A stretch of DNA of 64,000 nt from Candidatus Uhrbacteria bacterium (GTDB lineage: Bacteria > Patescibacteriota > Patescibacteriia > GWA2-47-26). Within the stretch, counting starts at the first letter, position 1, and each line of letters begins with the position of its first letter. The translations under genes and the position numbers were made by a program. The stretch is taken from positions 128,856-192,855 of the forward strand of contig JACPJN010000006.1 of assembly GCA_016187515.1 (NCBI GenBank), read 5' to 3'. Positions 25,892 to 34,760 of this stretch are shown here, in pieces. The notes beneath the pieces are model-generated. The model was given only the letters and a program-made list of their open reading frames with translations. It had not been told where the DNA came from and did not search any database.

Positions 25892-27007
25892 CTAGCGTCT
25901 ATCGACCGGCTTGAAACGACACTTCAGAGCCGGCTCGAGAAGACGGCGCACTTCATCCGGACCAATTCGCGGCACCTTCTCCATGTCATAGAACCGCCCC
26001 ATCTCGTCGGTACGGAAACGACGCTGCTCTCCAACGTATCCCAAGAATGGTCGTACCGCTGCCTTAATCAGGGTTTCGGTTGGACTAAGTTCGTCCGATG
26101 CTTCAGGTGAATTCGATAGGACGATTCTGCCTCCCGTGATTCCCATCGCTTCAAAACTATGCCGAACAAGCGGCTCGTAGCGAGGGCCTTCCGGGTGCGT
26201 CGCGTGAAAAACGCCTCCCCCACTGCGAGGATCATCAGCGAGTGCGGCAATCATCTCAACAAGGTTATCAATGGGGATGAGGTTGATCTCTGCTTCCGGG
26301 TCCCCGGGAATCCTCATGCCCTCGAGATCAAGATGGCCACCGTCAGATTTCATCTGACGCTTGAGCCATGCAAAACCCTTGAAGTAGCCGTAGTAGCCAG
26401 CGAAAGTCACCGGGACACTCCCATCCCATCCAGCTCCCAACGATCCAACTACGATTGAGGGTCGAACGATGGTTACACTATCGCCGAGCAATGCGCTCAC
26501 CGCGTGTTCACCCTCTATCTTCGAGAGTTCGTACCCGTTGTGCACACCGTGGCCACTGGAGACCATCTTTTCCTCGATCCACCCCGTAGAACTGCCGCAC
26601 ACGTATGCGGTTGAGATATGGACGAACCGACCCCATCCCAGATCGCGAGCCATGTGGGCCACCCGTTGACTCCCGAGGTAGTTGATCTCCATGTTGAGGG
26701 GATCTTCGTCCTCGAACTTGATGTGTCCAGCGGAGTGGACGATGAAATCAATGGCACCCTTGAGCCGATCGTACCAGGTCTTCGTGAGGCCGATGTCGTC
26801 CATCGTCACGTCACCAGGCACCACGTGCAGAGTACCATTACGCCACCTCTCGGTAGGATCGAGACTCGCCAGAGCTCGTTCAACACGAGTGGGATCTCCG
26901 CCACGACACAATGCGAACACGGTGTGCCCTTGCTGGAGGTAGTGAACCGCCACGCCAGCACCGACGAAACCGGTTGTTCCAGTCACAAACACGTTTTTCT
27001 TTTCCAT
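25892..27007 (-). CDS. NAD(P)-binding SDR-superfamily protein, NAD_binding_4 / thioester-reductase-like
   Basis: VFVTGTTGFVGAGV Rossmann motif. HSAGHIKF and ISTAYVCGS match the male-sterility/thioester-reductase family pattern. The start is moved to MEKKN (27007), which has a GGAGGAGA Shine-Dalgarno motif upstream. The ORF-track extension to 27208 has no support. Confidence 0.65.
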   Translation of the reverse strand: MEKKNVFVTGTTGFVGAGVAVHYLQQGHTVFALCRGGDPTRVERALASLDPTERWRNGTLHVVPGDVTMDDIGLTKTWYDRLKGAIDFIVHSAGHIKFEDEDPLNMEINYLGSQRVAHMARDLGWGRFVHISTAYVCGSSTGWIEEKMVSSGHGVHNGYELSKIEGEHAVSALLGDSVTIVRPSIVVGSLGAGWDGSVPVTFAGYYGYFKGFAWLKRQMKSDGGHLDLEGMRIPGDPEAEINLIPIDNLVEMIAALADDPRSGGGVFHATHPEGPRYEPLVRHSFEAMGITGGRIVLSNSPEASDELSPTETLIKAAVRPFLGYVGEQRRFRTDEMGRFYDMEKVPRIGPDEVRRLLEPALKCRFKPVDRR

Positions 27008-27235
27008 TGTCTCCTCCCCATCGGGATTGTTAAGTTGTTGATGAACCAACTTCCTCCTAACCTCTCCTCCTACCCCATTAAAGCACAAAATGGGGCTTTT
27101 GTCAAGTTTTGCACACGATGAACGCATCGAGGGGCGATGGGACCCCACACCGCCCGCCGGGGCGCCGGATTGACCACGCCAGAAAGATTGCGAAGGAAAC
27201 CATCGCAAAAACCTCCGCCACCCTCAACCAAATAC

Positions 27236-27268
27236 GGTAAATGCAGTGCGGCCGCACTTTGTTTACCA
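27236..27268. repeat. NotI-core palindrome copy 2 (ggtaaatgcagtgcggccgcactttgtttacc), in the divergent promoter region between the SDR gene and the PaaX-like gene
   Basis: Read directly from the sequence. Confidence 0.6.
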
Positions 27269-27397
27269 CAATGGGATTTACTTGACAAAATTCCGGTGGC
27301 CAACTTTTGTGCGGTAGGGTACAATTAAATTGGTACGCTAGACCAGGACAGCGCGCGGACAGTAAGGAACCCCGATCTCAGCGCGTCCATAAATAGT

Positions 27398-27967
27398 ATG
27401 CCCAGAAAAAAGAAAAACCCATCCTCGAAGTTGCGCGAGCGGCTGACCGAGGCGCGCTGCTGCTTGCAAGAACTCGCCGGAATGCTGCACTGGGCCTGCT
27501 CCGCTAAAAATTACATCCCTTATGGACTCTATCAAGAAACCAAACGCGAGCAACTGCATAAGGAGCAGCGTGAACAACTGCAATATCTAAAGCGGAGGAA
27601 ACTCATCGAGATAGCAAAGATTGGAAAACGCCTGAACGTGCGTCTCACGGACAAGGGATGGACCGCGGCGCTTCGGGATAAAATCAAAACCACCAAAACG
27701 CGATGCAAAAGTGGACGCTGTTTTCTTCTTTTTGACATTCCGGAAAAAGAACGCGCCGTGCGCAACGTACTCCGCCAATTTCTCAAAGAGTGCGGATTCA
27801 TCCATCTGCAGCACAGCGTTTGGATGACCGATCGCGACGTAATCGAACCATTGCGTACACTGCTCCAGCGCAGAAAACTCGAGCGCTGGATTCGTATCAT
27901 TGTAGGCGATATTGTGGCCGCCTCTCCTCTTGACCGGCTCGTTATCCGTCAAAACTACCGCCGCTAA
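27398..27967 (+). CDS. PaaX-like transcriptional regulator (wHTH + Cas2-like ferredoxin-fold segment), tentative
   Basis: RLNVRLTDKGW resembles the PaaX wHTH (YRLTDAG). CFLLFDIPEKERAVRNVLRQFLKECGFIHLQHSVWMT resembles the PaaX/Cas2-fold segment (W.LVVFDIPE..R..RDRLRR.L.WLGFG.LQ..VW). It is the only plus-strand gene inside the surface-protein locus. Confidence 0.4.
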   Translation: MPRKKKNPSSKLRERLTEARCCLQELAGMLHWACSAKNYIPYGLYQETKREQLHKEQREQLQYLKRRKLIEIAKIGKRLNVRLTDKGWTAALRDKIKTTKTRCKSGRCFLLFDIPEKERAVRNVLRQFLKECGFIHLQHSVWMTDRDVIEPLRTLLQRRKLERWIRIIVGDIVAASPLDRLVIRQNYRR

Positions 27968-28037
27968 GGGGACTGCTCCGCTGTACTCGCCTATCACACC
28001 AGCGTAAACCCTCAAGATAAACCCTCAAACAAACACG

Positions 28038-28070
28038 GTAAATACAGTGCGGCCGCACGTTATTTACCGT
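28038..28070. repeat. NotI-core palindrome copy 3 (ggtaaatacagtgcggccgcacgttatttacc), between convergent gene ends
   Basis: Read directly from the sequence. Flanked by A-rich and T-rich tracts, consistent with a bidirectional terminator. Confidence 0.6.
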
Positions 28071-28251
28071 TTATTTTTGACGGCAAGTTTTTGTTTTATG
28101 GTTTTATGGAAAGTACTCCAATCCGATTCTTGGTTATCCTGAATAACTCAATAAAAAGAAAAAAGCCCACGTGTGTTCAAGACACGCAGGCCAGAGCGTA
28201 CCGCCGCGAAAAGGCGGCTTCCCGCCTCCTCGTGGCGGGTTTGCAAAAGAG

Positions 28252-29787
28252 CTACGGCGGCGTATACCGTCCGCCGGTGTTGAGCGGTCCATCTTCATCA
28301 CTCCCTCCCCAGACCACCATTGCACTGCCAGTCCAAACCGCGGTGTGCAAGTAACGCGCCGCAGGCGCGCCAACAGTGGAGACCGGACTCCAGGAGTCGG
28401 TTTCCGGATCATACCGGCTGCCAGTGTTGAGTAGGCCATCTTCACCCCATCCATCCCGTCCTCCCCAGACCACCATTGCACTACCTGTCCAAACCGCGGT
28501 GTGCAAGTAACGCGCCGCAGGCGCGCCAACAGTGGAAGTCCGACTCCAGGAGTCGGTTTCCGAATCATACCGGCTGCCAGTGTTGAGACGGCTATCTTGA
28601 CCCGCTCCTCCCCAGACCACCATTGCACTACCGGTCCAAACCGCGGTGTGATAGTCACGCGCCGCAGGCGCGCCAAAGGTGGCAATCGTACACCAAAATT
28701 CGTGGCAATCCGAATCATCTTGATCAATGAATCCATCTACGTCGTTGTCTACGCCATCACAGCAACCACATTCAATGAGTACTCCTGCAACGCAAGCAAT
28801 TGCAGCAGACCCGCATGTTATGGTGAATCCTTCATCCACTCCGCCATCACAGTCGTTGTCCAGCTCGTCGCAGACTTCAACCGGAGCCGAACCGCAGACA
28901 CCGCAGGCATTGAGGAGTCCTTCATCTGTTGCGCCGTCGCAGTCGTTGTCAACCCCATCGCAGGTCTCGGGGCTTGACGGGAAAGGGACAGACGAGCAGG
29001 CGGTGCTCATGAAATCGGCGGTGCAAACATAGACGCCGGTGTTTTGGCAAGCGCCCACTCCTACTGTGCAAGGGGTAAGCAGGCCGGGGAATCCTTCGTC
29101 GGTCTGTCCATCGCAGTCATCGTCGGTGTAGTTGCAGACCTCGTCGGCATCGGGATTAATGACCGAGGCCGGCACACCTTCTGGCGTCTCCCCAGAGTCC
29201 AGGCAATCGCCTTCAGCAACCGTGTAGCCGTCGGAGTCGTTGTCAGCGAACGCGGGGCTCCAGGGCTGGGGAGGGCACGTGGCCCAGAGGGGGTTGGCGC
29301 CGCATCCCCCTGCGTAGTCCGGCGGATCGCCGTAGGGATTTACCCGCACTCCATCCGGATCGCGGACTTCGAAATGAAGGTGGGGGCCACGAGAAAACCC
29401 TGAAGTGTCTGACAGTGCAATCTGCTGACCGGGCGTAACGTCGCTATCCTCCTCCACCCGAATCGAGTCAGGAGCAAGGTGCGCGTAGATCGTAAGGTAG
29501 CCATTGGAATGCCTGATGCGAACATGGTTCCCAAAACCGCCCCGACGTCTAAATCCTGCAGGATGAGAATTATCTACCCTCGTGACGCTTCCTGCCGCGG
29601 CAGCAAACACAGGAGTGCCGCCCGCTGCTCGGTAATCGATCGCATTATGGCAAACGTTTGGGATCGGGTAGTTGGGACAGCAGAAATCACACGTAATAAC
29701 GCGTGTTTCTGCTAATGGCAGATACAGAAACTGTTCTGCTCTTGCCACACTTGCGGTAGCAAGTATTGCCATTATGTGCCTAATCAT
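28252..29787 (-). CDS. secreted M23 peptidase / Cys-rich / Kelch-like repeat protein (short paralog of 19880..22768)
   Basis: Signal peptide and M23 motifs (HNAIDYRAAGGTPVFAAAAG, GNHVRIRH, GPHLHFEV). CDGVDNDCDG-type motifs. Three TAVWTGSAMVVWGG repeats. C-terminus TGGRYTPP. The last roughly 45 coding nt plus about 90 nt downstream are near-identical to the 30597 paralog. Confidence 0.75.
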   Translation of the reverse strand: MIRHIMAILATASVARAEQFLYLPLAETRVITCDFCCPNYPIPNVCHNAIDYRAAGGTPVFAAAAGSVTRVDNSHPAGFRRRGGFGNHVRIRHSNGYLTIYAHLAPDSIRVEEDSDVTPGQQIALSDTSGFSRGPHLHFEVRDPDGVRVNPYGDPPDYAGGCGANPLWATCPPQPWSPAFADNDSDGYTVAEGDCLDSGETPEGVPASVINPDADEVCNYTDDDCDGQTDEGFPGLLTPCTVGVGACQNTGVYVCTADFMSTACSSVPFPSSPETCDGVDNDCDGATDEGLLNACGVCGSAPVEVCDELDNDCDGGVDEGFTITCGSAAIACVAGVLIECGCCDGVDNDVDGFIDQDDSDCHEFWCTIATFGAPAARDYHTAVWTGSAMVVWGGAGQDSRLNTGSRYDSETDSWSRTSTVGAPAARYLHTAVWTGSAMVVWGGRDGWGEDGLLNTGSRYDPETDSWSPVSTVGAPAARYLHTAVWTGSAMVVWGGSDEDGPLNTGGRYTPP

Positions 29788-30425
29788 TATGGCACCTCCG
29801 ATTGGAATGAGGATACGACAGTTTCAAGCGAGACCAATTCAGGGTCGCCAGTTATGGCATACACCCTCCCATTCATCTCCAATAGATACGATTCGAACTC
29901 TCTATCTACGAGCTCCTCGAGATATCGAATCTTTACAAACTGCCGCTCTCTAATTTCAACCGTAGTCTGTGACTCAAGATTCTGCGTAAGCAGAATCTCC
30001 TCTTCCAGCGTTCCACCTTCTCGAACATCAAGAGTGAGAGGGTACACTGGATCCGTATTGGAAAGCAGTGCAATCGGCTCAGAACTAAACACCACCACCA
30101 GAAGATTCGCATCACGAGTTTCTTCTGTCGACAATTCTTGTGAGTGCCACCCCGCCGGATACGCCAACTGCGCAATTCCCCAGGCCGGATTGCGGTACAC
30201 TTGCCATCCTTCCGGAATCACACTGCCGGAATCCGGCGCGCTGGCGTCCGCACGTTCCTCTTTCACATCTTCAGCTTCCTTCTCGGCTTCTGCTCCGGCA
30301 TCGGTCGATTCGTGAGCCGGGGTCTGGGTCAGCACTTTTTCCTTGCAGCCCAGCCCCAAAAGCGCAAACGCGACAAACACGGTCATTAACTTGTCAATGA
30401 ACCCGCCTCTCCCACCGACGTTCAT
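29787..30425 (-). CDS. lipoprotein, paralog of 22768..23406
   Basis: MNVGGRGGFIDKLMTVFVAFALLGLGCKEKVLTQTPA... is identical over the N-terminal region. It overlaps the downstream M23/Kelch gene start by 1 nt. Confidence 0.6.
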   Translation of the reverse strand: MNVGGRGGFIDKLMTVFVAFALLGLGCKEKVLTQTPAHESTDAGAEAEKEAEDVKEERADASAPDSGSVIPEGWQVYRNPAWGIAQLAYPAGWHSQELSTEETRDANLLVVVFSSEPIALLSNTDPVYPLTLDVREGGTLEEEILLTQNLESQTTVEIRERQFVKIRYLEELVDREFESYLLEMNGRVYAITGDPELVSLETVVSSFQSEVP

Positions 30426-30596
30426 GCCTCCGTCCCGACCGTGGTCGGGACTCGGATCAAAGTTAATTGCCTCTCTACGCATTATTCCACACTTTGACAA
30501 AACAAAAAAGGCCTGTGTGTTTTCAAGACACGCAGGCCAGAGCGTACCGCCGCGAAAAGGCGGGAATCGCCTCTTCGTGGCGGGTTTGCAAAAGAG

Positions 30597-33500
30597 CTAC
30601 GGCGGCGTATACCGTCCGCCGGTGTCGAGGTAGTTATCCCCGTCGTATCCACCCCAGACAATCATCTCGGAGCCAGTCCAGACGGCGGTAGGCAGACGAC
30701 GGGCCGTTGGCGCACCTGTCAAGGCCATATCTGCCCACGTATCACTGCTGGGATCATAACGTGCGCCATCATCAAAGTGATTCGCGAAAGCACCTTCACC
30801 GTCAGTCCCGCCCCACACGATCATCTCGGAACCGGTCCACACCGCAGTGTGCAAGTAGCGCGCCGAAGGAGCACCTGAACTTGAAATCCCGAGCCAAAGC
30901 TCTGTGCCAGGGAAATACAGTGCACCATTGGAGAATTCGGTTGTCCCAGAGCGGCCACCCCAGATAATTATACACTGCTGACTGCCGGAAGCAGAATCGC
31001 AGTCATCTGCCACTATCATCGTGTGGTACTCTCGAGCAGAAGGGTCTCCGATAGTTGGCATCGCAGTCCATGTATTGTTCACAGGATCGTAAATGCCGCC
31101 ATCTCCCCTTGGGCCGCTGCAAGACCGGCCTCCCCACACAATCATCGTGGATCCTGTCCACACTGCCGGGTGAGCGCGTCTTAGGGAGGGTGTCCCAGTT
31201 GTCGAAGTCGCTGCCCACGAATTATCGCTTACCCTGTAACGGCCGCCTGTGTTTGTAAGCGAACAACTTCCACTGGTATCTCCGCCCCAAACTATAAGCT
31301 CAGATCCTGTCCATACTCCAGAATGGTTGAGGCGCGCTGAAGGAGCGCCTACGGTACTCGTAGCGCTCCAAGTATTTGCGGAGGGATCATATCTTCCGCC
31401 TGTATTGTACTCTGACGACAAGTGAAATCCACCCCATACGATCAGCTCGATTCCGGTCCAAACCCCAATGTGACTCTGACGGCTTGCTGGTGCACCACTC
31501 GTTGTTGTGGCAAACCAAGCATCAGCTTCAGGGAAATATCGGCCACCTGTTCCAGTTCCAGTGAGGTAAGCTATTTCACCACCCCAAATAACCATGCATT
31601 CCTGAAGTCCGGCAGTTGCTGTGTCACAATCCACACCAGATGTCCACACCGCGGCAGGATTTGTGCGCGGCGATGGAGCGCCTGTTGTTGTCACCGGCAG
31701 CCAGTACCCCACTGCGCAGCAAGCACTTCCGCATCGCTCGTACCCTAGATCGCAGGTAATCACGCATGTGCCGCTAGTGCAACGCACAGTGCCATTTACC
31801 GGTGCAACACATGCTCTTCCGCATGCACCGCAATGATCCAAATTAGAGTTGATATTCACCTCGCAGCTATCTACTGCGCTATCATCGCAATCTCGCAAAC
31901 TGCCTGAACATGCAGTGCAGATGCCAGACAAGCAGTAGGAAGTGAAGTTTGTGCACACAGCGCAGGTACTCCCGCATGCCTCGTTGTTTGCAGAAACCGA
32001 GGTTTCACAGCCATCCTCTGCCACTCTATTGCAGTTGGCATATCCAGCAAGGCAAGTAAATCCGCAGGTTGCCGCGCTGCACGTAGCGGCTGCGTTTGCC
32101 CGCGAAGGACAGGCAGTATCAATAAAGGTATAACCGCATATCCCATCGGCGCAGGTACCTGGGCTGTCGTACGAACGCACTGCCGGGCCTGAAACACATT
32201 CATCCGCAGGCGGATTGTCGCAGACAATCGGCGTACCATTGCAAACCCCGCCGCCACACTCATCTCCATCGGTGCACGCCTCTGCGTCGTCACAAGAATC
32301 AGCATTGTCCGTAAACACGCAGTCCGTTGCCGCGTCGCAAGAGTCGTCGGTGCAGATATTCGTGTCGTCGCACACAATCGGTGTTCCTGCGCATGTTCCG
32401 CCGCCGCACACATCCCCTGCGGTGCACGCATCCACGTCATCACAGGGATCAGTGTTGTCCGTAAACACACAGCCGGTCGCGGGGTTACACGAGTTGTCAG
32501 TGCAGATGTTGCCGTCGTTGCAGGTGATTGCAACTCCTGCGCATGTTCCGCCGCCGCACACATCCCCTGCGGTGCACGCATTTCCGTCATTGCAAACCAC
32601 CGTATTGGGCTCGTTCACGCACCCGGCCGCGCTGTCGCAGGAGTCGTCGGTGCAGGGACTACTGTCGTTGCACGCCGCATCAGATGGCGTAAACACACAG
32701 CCGGACGCGGAATCGCAGGTATCCACGGTGCAGACAACGGAGTCATTGCAGACCACGGCCGTAAACACGCACGCGCCGCTATCGCACGCATCACTGGTGC
32801 AAGCGTCTTCGTCGTTGCAGACCGTGTCCGTGGCCGTGTAGGAACACACGCCGCCGGAACACGTGCCAACCGCCGCAAAAGTACGGCGCGTCAGCCCATC
32901 CGCGCACTCGGCCGAAGGCGGGCTCACGCAGACCATTGGCGTGCCACTGCAGGCGCCGCCAGAACAGATATCTGACACGGTGCACGGATCCGCGTCATCG
33001 CAGGAGGCGGTGTTATTGGCAAACACACAGCCCGTTGCCGCGTCGCACGAGTCGTCGGTGCAGGGACTACTGTCGTTGCATTCCCCGTCTTCCGGCGTAA
33101 ACACGCAACCGGACGCGGGAGCACAGGAATCCGCGGTGCAGGCAACGGAGTCATTGCAGATCACGGCCGTAAACACGCACGCGCCGCTATCGCACGCATC
33201 ACTGGTGCAGGCGTTGCTGTCGTTGCAGACCGTGTCGGTGGCCGTGTAGGAGCACACGCCGCCGGAACACGTGCCGACCGCGGCATAGGTGCGCCGAGTT
33301 ACTACGTCTGCGCATTCGCTAGCCGGCGGCGCTTCACACGCAACCAGCGTCCCATTACAGGTACCATCCGCGCACACATCTGACAGCGTGCACGGATTTC
33401 CGTCGTTGCAGACGACAGTATTGGGATCGTTCACGCACCCGGTCGCGCTGTCGCACGAGTCGTCCGTGCAAGGACTACCGTCCTCGCACGCCGCATTATT

Positions 33501-34745
33501 CGGCGTAAACACACAGCCGGACGCGGAATCGCAGGTATCCACGGTGCAGGCGATCGCGTCAGCGCAGGAGACCGGCGTGTAAACGCACGCGCCGCCCCTG
33601 CACGCGTCAGCTGTACAGGCGTCCGCGTCATTGCAGGAAGTGTCCGTAGACACGTAGGAGCACACGCCACCCGCGCACGCTCCAGAGGCGGCATAGGTGC
33701 GGCGGGTAAGGCCGTCTCCCAAACACTCGGCTGAAGGCGGAGTTTCGCAAACCATTGGCTCTGCCGCACAAACCTCGCCGTCGCAATGATCAGCCACGGT
33801 ACAGGGATTTTCATCATCACAGATCGTGTCCAAGGCGCTGCAAACCTCCCAGGCGCACGCCGCGCAGTTCTGAATTCCGATTGTGCCGCACGCTGGTACG
33901 CACGGCTGAAGCGCTGCGCCTTCGCAGTCCTCGCCCGAATCGCGCACGCCGTCCCCGCAGGAAGGCAAAACGCACGCGCTACGGCAGGCGTTGGGAAGCA
34001 CGTTGGAATTGTCCGCTCCATTATCACACTGCTCGCCGGAGTCCGTAACTTCATCTCCGCAACGGAAAACGGTGCAATCGGTCCGGCAGGCGTCCGGCGC
34101 GGTGTCGGAATTTTCCGCGCCCTCGTCGCACTCCTCGCCGGAATCCGCCACCTCATCACCGCAGGAAGGTTCCCCACAGTTTGTTCTGCACGCATCCGGC
34201 GCGGTGTCAGAGTTTTCCGCGCCTTCATCGCACTGCTCGGCGCTGTCGGAAACTCCATCACCGCAGATCGCGGCACTGCAGTCAACGCGGCAGGCGTCCG
34301 CTTCGGTGTCGGAGTTATCCGCACCATTGTCGCATACCTCTGCCTCATCAACCACGCCATCGCCGCAGTACGCTGCGAGGCAGTCAGAACGGCAAGCATC
34401 AGGCGCGATATCCGAGTTAAACGAACCGTCGTCGCACTCCTCGCCGCTATCGGTAATCGCGTCGCCGCAGAAAGGCCGACGACAATCCGTCCGGCACACG
34501 TCCGGATCATCAGCGTTGGCTGCTCCGTTATCGCACTCCTCGCCCGGATCGCGCCGCCCGTTGCCGCAGGAAGGAACGTAGGCGTCGGGCGAAATGCCCG
34601 CATCCGGCGGGGCCATCCCCATATCCGGCAGGAGTTGAGGCGCGATTGCCATGTCCGGCTCCGGCGTTGCCGCCGGATTGCTTCCGCAGGACAACAAACA
34701 CATCAGACCCGTAAGCGTCAACACGTTTCGCTTGTCAAAGTGCAT
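30597..34745 (-). CDS. giant (1382 aa) Cys-rich surface lipoprotein: Myxococcus-type cysteine-rich repeats + CxxxC tandem repeats + C-terminal Kelch-like propeller
   Basis: Lipobox signal MHFDKRNVLTLTGLMCLLSC. About 7 tandem CGDGxxDxGEECDxG...NSD..PDACRxDC units (Myxococcus cysteine-rich repeat pattern). About 20 further units such as CNDxxxCTxDxC. Eight WTGSEMIVWGG-type repeats. C-terminus GGRYTPP. GC is markedly higher than elsewhere in the window. Confidence 0.75.
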   Translation of the reverse strand: MHFDKRNVLTLTGLMCLLSCGSNPAATPEPDMAIAPQLLPDMGMAPPDAGISPDAYVPSCGNGRRDPGEECDNGAANADDPDVCRTDCRRPFCGDAITDSGEECDDGSFNSDIAPDACRSDCLAAYCGDGVVDEAEVCDNGADNSDTEADACRVDCSAAICGDGVSDSAEQCDEGAENSDTAPDACRTNCGEPSCGDEVADSGEECDEGAENSDTAPDACRTDCTVFRCGDEVTDSGEQCDNGADNSNVLPNACRSACVLPSCGDGVRDSGEDCEGAALQPCVPACGTIGIQNCAACAWEVCSALDTICDDENPCTVADHCDGEVCAAEPMVCETPPSAECLGDGLTRRTYAASGACAGGVCSYVSTDTSCNDADACTADACRGGACVYTPVSCADAIACTVDTCDSASGCVFTPNNAACEDGSPCTDDSCDSATGCVNDPNTVVCNDGNPCTLSDVCADGTCNGTLVACEAPPASECADVVTRRTYAAVGTCSGGVCSYTATDTVCNDSNACTSDACDSGACVFTAVICNDSVACTADSCAPASGCVFTPEDGECNDSSPCTDDSCDAATGCVFANNTASCDDADPCTVSDICSGGACSGTPMVCVSPPSAECADGLTRRTFAAVGTCSGGVCSYTATDTVCNDEDACTSDACDSGACVFTAVVCNDSVVCTVDTCDSASGCVFTPSDAACNDSSPCTDDSCDSAAGCVNEPNTVVCNDGNACTAGDVCGGGTCAGVAITCNDGNICTDNSCNPATGCVFTDNTDPCDDVDACTAGDVCGGGTCAGTPIVCDDTNICTDDSCDAATDCVFTDNADSCDDAEACTDGDECGGGVCNGTPIVCDNPPADECVSGPAVRSYDSPGTCADGICGYTFIDTACPSRANAAATCSAATCGFTCLAGYANCNRVAEDGCETSVSANNEACGSTCAVCTNFTSYCLSGICTACSGSLRDCDDSAVDSCEVNINSNLDHCGACGRACVAPVNGTVRCTSGTCVITCDLGYERCGSACCAVGYWLPVTTTGAPSPRTNPAAVWTSGVDCDTATAGLQECMVIWGGEIAYLTGTGTGGRYFPEADAWFATTTSGAPASRQSHIGVWTGIELIVWGGFHLSSEYNTGGRYDPSANTWSATSTVGAPSARLNHSGVWTGSELIVWGGDTSGSCSLTNTGGRYRVSDNSWAATSTTGTPSLRRAHPAVWTGSTMIVWGGRSCSGPRGDGGIYDPVNNTWTAMPTIGDPSAREYHTMIVADDCDSASGSQQCIIIWGGRSGTTEFSNGALYFPGTELWLGISSSGAPSARYLHTAVWTGSEMIVWGGTDGEGAFANHFDDGARYDPSSDTWADMALTGAPTARRLPTAVWTGSEMIVWGGYDGDNYLDTGGRYTPP

Positions 34746-34760
34746 TTTGTTTCCTCCTAC

